A stretch of DNA of 64,000 nucleotides from Candidatus Dojkabacteria bacterium. GTDB lineage: Bacteria > Patescibacteriota > Dojkabacteria > J137. The stretch spans positions 295,772 to 359,771 of the forward strand of contig JBDTVZ010000001.1 of assembly GCA_040006935.1 (NCBI GenBank). The letters are read 5' to 3'. Both the position numbers and the translations under genes were made by a program. Of the stretch, positions 56,301-64,000 are shown piece after piece (within the stretch, counting starts at the first letter, position 1; each line of letters begins with the position of its first letter). Under the pieces are notes generated by a model that made no database searches, had not been told where the DNA came from, and worked only from the letters and a program-made list of their open reading frames with translations.

Positions 56301-57116
56301 ATGGCTTTATCTCGTGATGACCAAAATACTTTTTTAATGATTGGGGGTGTATTAATCGTATGTATAATTGCTTTGATTGCTGTTGCAAGTAGTATTTGGG
56401 CATTAATTAGAGATCCTGTAAATGCAGTTATTAATACAGTTTCGAGCTTTGTAAGAATACAAACCTTGGATTACAATTTCCCATTACCAGTAGTTACTGC
56501 ACAAACAACACCAACGTCCACACCTTCTCCAGCACCTAATCCTGTTCCAAATCCACCTGCAAATAATGCAACTAGTAATACTACCCCAAGCAATATAAAT
56601 AAAGATATTGATTACAATTTCCCAGTAGAAAATATTGCCTTAAGTGGTTTAGAAGATGCGATTATTAGTGATTCAAAACTTCTTGAGTTGAGTGCTAAGA
56701 ATGTGCCGGTTACACAACCTAATATAAGTATTCAGATTTTATCAATTGGAGTAAATAGCCCGGTATTGCAAGGCTTAGATTCCGAGAATCTTTTGAAGCA
56801 GGGATTTTGGATTGTTCCATCATCGAGAATCTTAGGGAAGGCGGAAATAATTTTTTTATGCAATAGAAGATATTTTGGTTCGGACGATCCAAAATCTTGC
56901 TGGTTTTTAGATAAAGTGATTTTAGGAAATGACGTAACTTTGAAATACAATAATCTTGTTTTGAAGTACAAGGTCGTAGGAGTTAACCGCTTTCCAGCGA
57001 GTGATCCCCTTGTTTATGATGCTAACGAGACAGAGGATCTTATTAGGATTGTAACCACAGATCCATTATATTCTAACGATCAAAGACTTGTAATTTTGGC
57101 CGAAAGAGTAAAATGA
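56301..57116 (+). CDS. Sortase-like protein lacking canonical catalytic residues
   Basis: TM, Pro/Thr linker and sortase-like fold; CNRR where H is expected, IVTTDP where TLxTC is expected; RLVI retained. Confidence 0.7.
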   Translation: MALSRDDQNTFLMIGGVLIVCIIALIAVASSIWALIRDPVNAVINTVSSFVRIQTLDYNFPLPVVTAQTTPTSTPSPAPNPVPNPPANNATSNTTPSNINKDIDYNFPVENIALSGLEDAIISDSKLLELSAKNVPVTQPNISIQILSIGVNSPVLQGLDSENLLKQGFWIVPSSRILGKAEIIFLCNRRYFGSDDPKSCWFLDKVILGNDVTLKYNNLVLKYKVVGVNRFPASDPLVYDANETEDLIRIVTTDPLYSNDQRLVILAERVK

Positions 57117-57262
57117 TAATTAAAAAATGAAAATAGTGAAGAGAATTAAAAATTGAATAACCAATAAGAAAAATATCTTCATTCCTTCATTCCTTCATTC
57201 GTACTACTTGCACCATGAACCTTTTCCCTATATTATATTGTTGAACCTTTAATTTAAATCTC

Positions 57263-58819
57263 TTGGCTGAACAATACAAAAGACCAAAACCAGTTGTAAT
57301 GATTTCTATGGACGGAGTGGGCGTAGCTCCACAAGGTCCTGGTAATGCCGTTATGCTTGCCAATACCGCAAATTTAGATAGATTTTGGCCATTATATCCC
57401 CATACCTACTTAGAAGCATCTGGACTACATGTTGGATTACCTCCTGGTACAGACGGAAATTCTGAGGTGGGGCACATGGCAATTGGGTCAGGAAGAGTTA
57501 TTTATCAGAACTTGCCACGTATTGATAATGCTATTAACAATGGCTCTTTTTTCCAGAATCCTGCTATTAAGAAGGCATTTGAACATACCAAAGAGAACCA
57601 TAGTAAGGTACATGTTATGGGTATTGTAGGAAATGGAATGGTTCATGGTTCTGTAGAACATTTACTCGCAATTATAAAGTTTGCAGTACAAGAAAAAGTA
57701 GATCCAGATAGATTATTTATACATGCCTTTACTGATGGGCGAGACTCTGCGCCAGATTCTGCTTTAGATGTATTGGATAAGATTGAAGCATATTGTTTAC
57801 AAAAAAGAATGGGTAGAATTGCAACTGTTGTGGGTAGAGCTTACGCAATGGATAGAAATAGAAATTGGGCTAGAACTAAAATAGCTTATGACTTGTTGGC
57901 TGAAGGGAAAGGAAGAATTATAAATAACTATAAAAAAGCTATCGAAGAATCATATAACAATAAAGTCTTTGATGAATATTTAGATCCGATTTGTATTGTT
58001 CCTGATGGAGAACAACCAGTTAAAATTGAAAAAGGAGATTCCGTTATTTTCTTTAACTTCAGACCAGATAGAGCAGTTCAATTAACAATGGCGATAGAAG
58101 ACAAAGAGTTTAAAGGCTTTGAACGAGTATTAATCCCAGATATTTTCTTTGTAGGAATGGCAGATTATGAGAATGGATTCCCTTCAAATCCTGCTTTCCC
58201 TCCTGAGAAAGTAACTACGCCTTTAGGTAAAGTTATTTCAGACGCGGGATTAAAGCAATTGAGAATTGCTGAATCTGAGAAGTTTCCACACGTTACATAT
58301 TTCTTTAATGGGCAAAATAAAGAGATATACCCCGGTGAAACATGGTTGGAAGTACCGTCTCCAAAGGATGTTGCAACTTATGATCAAAAGCCTGAAATGA
58401 GCCAGATTTTAGTTACTGATATTTTAGTAGATAAAATTGAAAAAGAAGATTTTGATTTTATCCTTGTGAACTTTGCAGGTCCAGACATGGTTGCTCATAC
58501 AGGAGTAATTCCACCTGCTGTAAAAGCTATGGAAGTGTGCGATCAATGCGTTGGCAGAATAGTAGAGGCAACTTTAAAAAGAGATGGTGTAGTTGTAATA
58601 AGTTCGGACCATGGGAATTGCGAAGAAATGATTGATTTGCAAACTGGCGAAGCAGATACAAAACACTCTACAAATCCAGTACCTTTCATATTAATTAAGA
58701 ATGGTCTTGTATCGAGAGAATTACCAGTTGGAGGTTTAAGTGATATTGCACCAACAATCTTAGGTATTATGGGTATGGAAATTCCAGCAGAAATGACTGG
58801 ACGAGACCTACTTAGTTAA
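57263..58819 (+). CDS. gpmI: 2,3-bisphosphoglycerate-independent phosphoglycerate mutase
   Basis: DGVG, GNSEVGH, DGRD, GRAYAMDR, NFRPDRA, PDMVAHTG, SDHGN. Confidence 0.96.
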   Translation: MAEQYKRPKPVVMISMDGVGVAPQGPGNAVMLANTANLDRFWPLYPHTYLEASGLHVGLPPGTDGNSEVGHMAIGSGRVIYQNLPRIDNAINNGSFFQNPAIKKAFEHTKENHSKVHVMGIVGNGMVHGSVEHLLAIIKFAVQEKVDPDRLFIHAFTDGRDSAPDSALDVLDKIEAYCLQKRMGRIATVVGRAYAMDRNRNWARTKIAYDLLAEGKGRIINNYKKAIEESYNNKVFDEYLDPICIVPDGEQPVKIEKGDSVIFFNFRPDRAVQLTMAIEDKEFKGFERVLIPDIFFVGMADYENGFPSNPAFPPEKVTTPLGKVISDAGLKQLRIAESEKFPHVTYFFNGQNKEIYPGETWLEVPSPKDVATYDQKPEMSQILVTDILVDKIEKEDFDFILVNFAGPDMVAHTGVIPPAVKAMEVCDQCVGRIVEATLKRDGVVVISSDHGNCEEMIDLQTGEADTKHSTNPVPFILIKNGLVSRELPVGGLSDIAPTILGIMGMEIPAEMTGRDLLS

Positions 58820-58900
58820 TTATAAATTAAGAATTAAAAATTATAAGAAGTAAATAGATGACTTCATCAACTTATAATTTGTAATTTATAATTTATAATT

Positions 58901-59722
58901 TTGCACTTGTTTCTTCTTTTCGACATTGGTGGCACTCATACAAGATTTAGTATTGCTCCAGATATAAATACCCTTAGCGACCCATTGATTATAGATACTC
59001 CAAAAAATTTTGATGAGTTTGAATCTAGATTAAAATATTTTGTTGAAAAGAATCTAAAGAATTCCAAACTTGAGAAAATAGTTGGAGGGATCGCAGGAGT
59101 ACTTGATGAAGATGGAGCTAAACTTTATAACTCTCCTAACTTACAGGATTGGATTGGAAAGCCTCTTAAAGAGGTAATAATTCGAGTAACAGGATGTGAA
59201 GATGTGACTATAGAAAATGATGCAAATTTGTGTGGATTAGGCGAAGCAGTGAATGGAGGAGGAAAAGATTATGACATTGTAGCTTATATTACAATTGGTA
59301 CTGGTATTGGAGGTACAAGAATAGTGAATAAAAAGATTGATGAAAATGTAATGGGATTTGAGCCCGGCCATCAGATTATTAGAATTTCGGATGAAAGAAA
59401 AATAGAAACTTTCGAACAACTTGCAGGAGGAAATGCTATTTTTAAAAAATATGGTAAAAGAGCAAGTGAAATTGAAGATTTACAAATCATTGATGATATT
59501 TATTTTTACACAGCTTGTGGAATTCATAATGCAATTTTGCATTGGTCTCCAGATGTTGTTGTATTAGGAGGATCCTTAGGTGAAGATATGGATTTACCGA
59601 AGTTAAAATCATATTTAACTGAGATAATGCATATCTTTAAGAAAATACCACCTTTAAAATCAGCTAAGCTTGGGAAAACTAATGGTGTAATTGGCGCTTT
59701 CCATTTATTAAAATTTGGTTAA
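58901..59722 (+). CDS. ROK family kinase
   Basis: DIGGT, ENDAN, GTGIGG, EPGH. Confidence 0.9.
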   Translation: MHLFLLFDIGGTHTRFSIAPDINTLSDPLIIDTPKNFDEFESRLKYFVEKNLKNSKLEKIVGGIAGVLDEDGAKLYNSPNLQDWIGKPLKEVIIRVTGCEDVTIENDANLCGLGEAVNGGGKDYDIVAYITIGTGIGGTRIVNKKIDENVMGFEPGHQIIRISDERKIETFEQLAGGNAIFKKYGKRASEIEDLQIIDDIYFYTACGIHNAILHWSPDVVVLGGSLGEDMDLPKLKSYLTEIMHIFKKIPPLKSAKLGKTNGVIGAFHLLKFG

Positions 59723-59741
59723 TATCTTTTATTATTATTTT

Positions 59742-60446
59742 ATGAAAAGGAAAATATTTTTAGTTATAGTTATTCTCTTTTTATGTGTTGTTGCTTTGCT
59801 TTCAAGTATTGGTGCACTTTTGCTATTCAGGCAAAATCAACTAACAACAAATGAATTAATCAATCAAAATAATAAGGTAGATGAATTGCAAAAACAAATT
59901 AATAATAATGCAGCAGGAGGAACGTTCCTTGAAGGAAGTGGTGCAACAGGTTCAGATACCCCAGGTGTTCCACCTGTTGATGCTGGTGATTCAACTACTG
60001 CTATTACAAAAATATATTTTTCAAAAACTCCTCAAAGCTATGATAGTGATTTCAGTTATGTAGTTGGAGTAGATAGAGAAGTAAATAAAAGCGAGTCAGT
60101 AGTACAAGCTATTGAAAAGATATTGGCAGGACCAACTGCAGCAGAAACTGCTTTAGGATATAAAAATCCAATCACATTAACAGGATCTTCAAATTGCGGA
60201 GGTAATTTATTTACTTTTAGCTCTAATTACGACAGTATGGCCACAGCTAACGATGTAACTATCAAGTTCTGTAAAGATGTGACTATTAGTGGGATAGGAG
60301 ATTCTGGAAGAATTCAAGCTGTAATTAAAAAGACACTTCAAGGTTTAGAACATACTGCGGATTATAAGGTTGGAAAGATTGCAATTTTAGATAAAAATGG
60401 AAATTGTTTAGGAGATGAAAGTGGCATGAATGCTTGCTTAAACTAG
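59742..60446 (+). CDS. Single-TM exported protein (GerMN-like domain)
   Basis: TM, KIYFS..V.REV..AIEKILAGPT..E..GY. Confidence 0.6.
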   Translation: MKRKIFLVIVILFLCVVALLSSIGALLLFRQNQLTTNELINQNNKVDELQKQINNNAAGGTFLEGSGATGSDTPGVPPVDAGDSTTAITKIYFSKTPQSYDSDFSYVVGVDREVNKSESVVQAIEKILAGPTAAETALGYKNPITLTGSSNCGGNLFTFSSNYDSMATANDVTIKFCKDVTISGIGDSGRIQAVIKKTLQGLEHTADYKVGKIAILDKNGNCLGDESGMNACLN

Positions 60447-60821
60447 TATTCGACTTTGAGTTTTTGCAAGCTCTTCTGACTTTACTTGTAAGATTTCGGC
60501 TTCTAAAATATTGAAGTCTTTATCTGCTGGAATTAAATGAACATGCACATGTGGGACCTCAAAACCTTCTACCCACATTAAAACTCTGTCTGGATTCATC
60601 TTAGCTTTTAAGAGTTTAGAAACAGTTTTTGCAGATATTAGTAACTCCATATATTCTTGATCATTCAGTTCAAAAATATAATCTCCTAAGTTTTCCTTAG
60701 GAACAACTAATGTATGTCCTTGTGTTAAAGGATTTATATCGAGAAATGCTATGTGCTTTTCATTTTCCCAAATTACGAAAGCCTTTCCTTCACCCTTTCC
60801 TATTTTTTCAAATATTGTCAT
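60438..60821 (-). CDS. HIT family protein
   Basis: AFLDINP..GHTLVVPK, VPHVHVHLIP. Confidence 0.93.
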   Translation of the reverse strand: MTIFEKIGKGEGKAFVIWENEKHIAFLDINPLTQGHTLVVPKENLGDYIFELNDQEYMELLISAKTVSKLLKAKMNPDRVLMWVEGFEVPHVHVHLIPADKDFNILEAEILQVKSEELAKTQSRILV

Positions 60822-60880
60822 GTTTAAACTATAAAATATACTTTTTGTCTAAATTCGAAACTTTAAATTTTGATAGCATT

Positions 60881-61255
60881 TCAAATCCATCCCCATTCTT
60901 TATAGGCTTTTTCACCTTTATCTAAAGCTTCTTTTATTTGTAAATATAGAACTTCATCATCTTTCTTAATATGGAAACAGGTTTTGCCTTTTAAGCATTT
61001 TACTAATTCTGGTGTCAAAGATTTCAACATTTCTGGATGTGCGTAAATAGGCATGTAATAAAATCCAACAAAATTTTTCTGATTTTTCACAGCTGCAAAA
61101 TACATTCTTGGGAATTTTCTCCCTAACATTTCCATAGGTTTATTTGTATAAAGTTCGTATCCTTGATCAGAATCAGTAGTTGCCGTAAATGTGTTTGAAT
61201 ATTCTTTTAAAATATCTTTTATTCTTCCGAAGATTTTTTGTTGATCTTTTATCAT
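60881..61255 (-). CDS. DUF1801-like protein
   Basis: YFAAV..QKNFVGFYYMPIY..LKGKTCFH. Confidence 0.7.
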   Translation of the reverse strand: MIKDQQKIFGRIKDILKEYSNTFTATTDSDQGYELYTNKPMEMLGRKFPRMYFAAVKNQKNFVGFYYMPIYAHPEMLKSLTPELVKCLKGKTCFHIKKDDEVLYLQIKEALDKGEKAYKEWGWI

Positions 61256-61258
61256 AGT

Positions 61259-61891
61259 TTATAGATTATATTCTTTATTTAATTCTAAAATTTGAAATTT
61301 TAGTCCATTTTGTTCCAATACTATTGATGGCATTCTAGATCCTAGATTTGTATCTTTCAATATTCCATCGTGAACAGGAAAAGTAACTTGTGCTTTGACA
61401 TTCAAGGCATAATCTATTGCTTCAGATATTTTCATCCATGGGCCAGCCACAGGTAAAGCTAAAATTTGAACAGGTTTTCCAGGATTAAAGAAAGAATCTC
61501 CAGGATAAAAAAATTTATTATTAATAAAATAACCAGTATTCTGTGCTGGGACAGTTTTATAAACAATTGCGTGATCTTTTCCAAATCCTTCAATTAATAT
61601 TTCTTTTTCTGTTGTATTTTGACTATCTTCCAGAATTTGATATTTAATTCCTTCTTGGTCCAGTAATTTGCCTACTGCTGTATTTGTTATAACTTTAGCT
61701 TGAGGATTATTTTGTAAAAGAATTTTTAAAGAATCAACATGAAAATGATCTTGATGTTCGTGAGTTATTAAAACAACATCAATATTTTTAACTTCTGTTT
61801 GTTGAGTAGAGTAAACTCCTGGGTCTGTAAGAATTCTTACTCCATTCTCTTCGATTAATAAACAACAATGTCCGAATTTTGTAATTTTCAT
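61259..61891 (-). CDS. MBL-fold metallohydrolase (UlaG-like)
   Basis: GHCCLLIE, DPG, THEHQDH, PGDS, PVHD. Confidence 0.9.
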   Translation of the reverse strand: MKITKFGHCCLLIEENGVRILTDPGVYSTQQTEVKNIDVVLITHEHQDHFHVDSLKILLQNNPQAKVITNTAVGKLLDQEGIKYQILEDSQNTTEKEILIEGFGKDHAIVYKTVPAQNTGYFINNKFFYPGDSFFNPGKPVQILALPVAGPWMKISEAIDYALNVKAQVTFPVHDGILKDTNLGSRMPSIVLEQNGLKFQILELNKEYNL

Positions 61892-62018
61892 AAAATATTA
61901 GTAATTACTAATCAATTATATAACATCTCTTAGCTTTTTACTTCGTTTCTAAACCTTCTAGTATCATTTAAAAAATGAGTACAATTTGATATAATCCAGT
62001 ATTTGTTACCAAATTTAA

Positions 62019-63218
62019 ATGACCGACATAAATGATGAGTACTGGCTTCAAGTTCCGGCTTTACGATTAGTAAATATCTTTTCTGCTCATATTCTTCAAA
62101 AGATAGGCATTCAATATACAGTTGAAGAAGAGAAGGGCGAGAATGGTGAAACGTTATACAAAGAAGTCTTTAAATTAACTGGCGAAGTTGATGTTAATAC
62201 CCAAGAACGTTTACAACAAATTTTCTTAAAGCTCGATAGTAGTTTAGAAAAGAGGTGGGTGGAAATTCTTAACCTTCTAGGCTTAGATATCAATAAAATA
62301 GAGAATGACATGGATAAAAGTTTTAGTTTGTTCGAGGATAAATATAGTGCGATTAAAAGTATTCACTTTAAAATCACTAAGGGTTTAGTACAAGTTGGAC
62401 TATTAAACTACACAGCACTAAGAAACGTAATCAATCAGAGATTGGCAAATAATGCACTAAGGGCAAATCGTGCATCAATACAAGCAAGAGCTGAGGCAAG
62501 TCCAAACGGAATTCTAGTTGCAACCGATGATTTTTTAGAATATCTATCTCTAGAATGTTCACCAGTTTCAGACATTTATTGGGATTTTAGAGTTTATGCT
62601 TGGGAAGAATTAATTAAAAGAATTAGAGAATACTTTGGAATAATAACAGATTACGACAATTTAAGAAATTTTATGATGTACAATGGAATTAATGCTCCTT
62701 CTAGTAAAGACATCGTTAAAGCTGGGACTAGAATTTATTCTGCACTTGAAGCAATTTCTAATGATTTAGATAACAGTGATGATTCGAGGGTAGTTCAAAT
62801 AGTTGAGATCTTCTCAAATTCACTAACTTCAATCAAATATAAATATAATGAGATTCTTAAATTATTAGATATTGAGGGAGAGGCGAGCATTGGAGTCTAT
62901 GTAGTTCAGAATCAATTCTTATTAAAACTAGTCAAATTTCTCAAATTAAAAGGGTATTTAGCAAATATTGAAACGGAGGAAATATTTTGGACATTTCCAG
63001 AGCATATTCACCAAAGAGTCGCTATGTTTATAAAAGAAGGAAGATCAGAGGAGATATTAAAGATTTTAAATTCAAGAGATAATACTGATATTAAATTTAG
63101 AAGCTTACTAACTATTCTAAATTTACCTATCAAGAATGGAATGGTCTTCAATTCAGGTAAGCATATGGACAGATTGAACTTAGTTAGAAATCAAATACAG
63201 AAACATATCGAAGGATAA
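62019..63218 (+). CDS. Hypothetical protein
   Basis: 399-aa ORF, no motif recognised. Confidence 0.7.
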   Translation: MTDINDEYWLQVPALRLVNIFSAHILQKIGIQYTVEEEKGENGETLYKEVFKLTGEVDVNTQERLQQIFLKLDSSLEKRWVEILNLLGLDINKIENDMDKSFSLFEDKYSAIKSIHFKITKGLVQVGLLNYTALRNVINQRLANNALRANRASIQARAEASPNGILVATDDFLEYLSLECSPVSDIYWDFRVYAWEELIKRIREYFGIITDYDNLRNFMMYNGINAPSSKDIVKAGTRIYSALEAISNDLDNSDDSRVVQIVEIFSNSLTSIKYKYNEILKLLDIEGEASIGVYVVQNQFLLKLVKFLKLKGYLANIETEEIFWTFPEHIHQRVAMFIKEGRSEEILKILNSRDNTDIKFRSLLTILNLPIKNGMVFNSGKHMDRLNLVRNQIQKHIEG

Positions 63219-63232
63219 TTAATCGAGTAGTT

Positions 63233-63613
63233 TTAAAGATTACAATAGAGATCAACCTTATAACCATCTGGATCTTCGACAATACAATATCTTTGTCCCC
63301 AAAAAGCATTCCATGGTTCTCTAACTATCTTGAAACCTGACTCTTTTACTTTCTCAGCAATATTATTTATTTCTTTAGATGAATCGTATTGAATTGCAAA
63401 TGAAGAATGGTTACTTGGTTTTGGTTCCTCTCCAAGAATTTCTTTTATCAAACCTTTTTTATCTATCATCAATCTTGCAGAACCGTTTGGAGTAGTTGGT
63501 TCCAAATGATCATCTTCTGATTTAAATTCACCGAAAGTAAAACCTAGAAGTTTATAGAACTCTACTGTTTTCTCCATATCCGAACTTGTTACTCCTACTA
63601 CATCTATTTTCAT
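63233..63613 (-). CDS. VOC/glyoxalase family protein
   Basis: FYKLLGF, PWNAFWGQRY..DPDG. Confidence 0.9.
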   Translation of the reverse strand: MKIDVVGVTSSDMEKTVEFYKLLGFTFGEFKSEDDHLEPTTPNGSARLMIDKKGLIKEILGEEPKPSNHSSFAIQYDSSKEINNIAEKVKESGFKIVREPWNAFWGQRYCIVEDPDGYKVDLYCNL

Positions 63614-63625
63614 ATTTATTTTAAA

Positions 63626-64000
63626 TTACCAATTATTCCATACTTCTCCTAAATCAGGATTATCAGTTTTTAAATCTTTGTTTCCTTTGTCAGAATTAAT
63701 ATCCTGAATTAGTTGATCTAATTGCTCTTCCAAGGTTGTTTCGGTATCGATATCTTTACCAGTCATAGATTTAATCATTTCTCTCACCATACCTGTGCCT
63801 GACATAACCCGGTGGCTTTCATAAGATTCATTGAGCTCTTTACAGTATTTAAATATAGATTCTGCAATATCAAAACCATACTGATTATTAAGATCATTAA
63901 AAATTAGAGTTTTTGCATCATTTTCACTAAGTCCTTTTTCTTCGAGGGCTTGAATTACACCTGCTAAAATATCAGGTGTTGAAAAAGAAGGTAAAAATTT
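63626..64000 (-). CDS. Hypothetical protein (3' part; starts outside window)
   Basis: Open frame KFLPSFSTPDILAGVIQALEEKG.. ending DLGEVWNNW*. Confidence 0.6.
   Translation of the reverse strand, partial: KFLPSFSTPDILAGVIQALEEKGLSENDAKTLIFNDLNNQYGFDIAESIFKYCKELNESYESHRVMSGTGMVREMIKSMTGKDIDTETTLEEQLDQLIQDINSDKGNKDLKTDNPDLGEVWNNW

Noticed and set aside
1-64000. Alternative genetic code (TGA=Gly)
   Set aside because: Conserved genes are intact in code 11, and cysS ends at TGA at the expected length

Overview
AT-rich 64-kb window of a small-genome bacterium using genetic code 11 (TGA is a stop). The gene style fits Patescibacteria/CPR, though this is an inference: lone housekeeping genes alternate with ORFans, Shine-Dalgarno motifs are not evident, many starts look leaderless, and the tRNAs lack CCA. 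Recognisable genes include metG (partial), gatC, a beta-CASP RNase, rnpA, a shortened mfd, a DEAD-box helicase, typA, murF, ddl, cysS, an ABC-2 exporter, a UvrD-nuclease fusion, lepB, a stand-alone fusA, DNA alkylation repair genes, an ice-binding-like protein with a sortase, a Xer recombinase, htrA, folD, gpmI, tRNA-Thr(CGT), tRNA-Lys(TTT) and one intact IS3-family element. Two layers are not visible in the ORF track. (1) Tiny, apparently leaderless leader peptides precede aminoacyl-tRNA synthetase genes. A Cys-rich peptide (MIINVLTKNCCCPYCT) with antiterminator/terminator hairpins lies before the PIG-L-cysS unit, and a tandem-Met peptide lies before metG; together they suggest ribosome-mediated attenuation of aaRS genes. 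(2) Several families of GC-rich miniature palindromic repeats and AT-rich heptamer arrays are present. They nest inside each other between genes and have inserted in-frame into mfd, murF, mpg and a glycosyltransferase, adding peptide loops. Other oddities are a tRNA-Thr in an extended stem abutting a second tRNA 3' half, a 54-bp direct repeat bracketing a nucleotidyltransferase gene, and degenerate PEP-synthase and sortase homologues.
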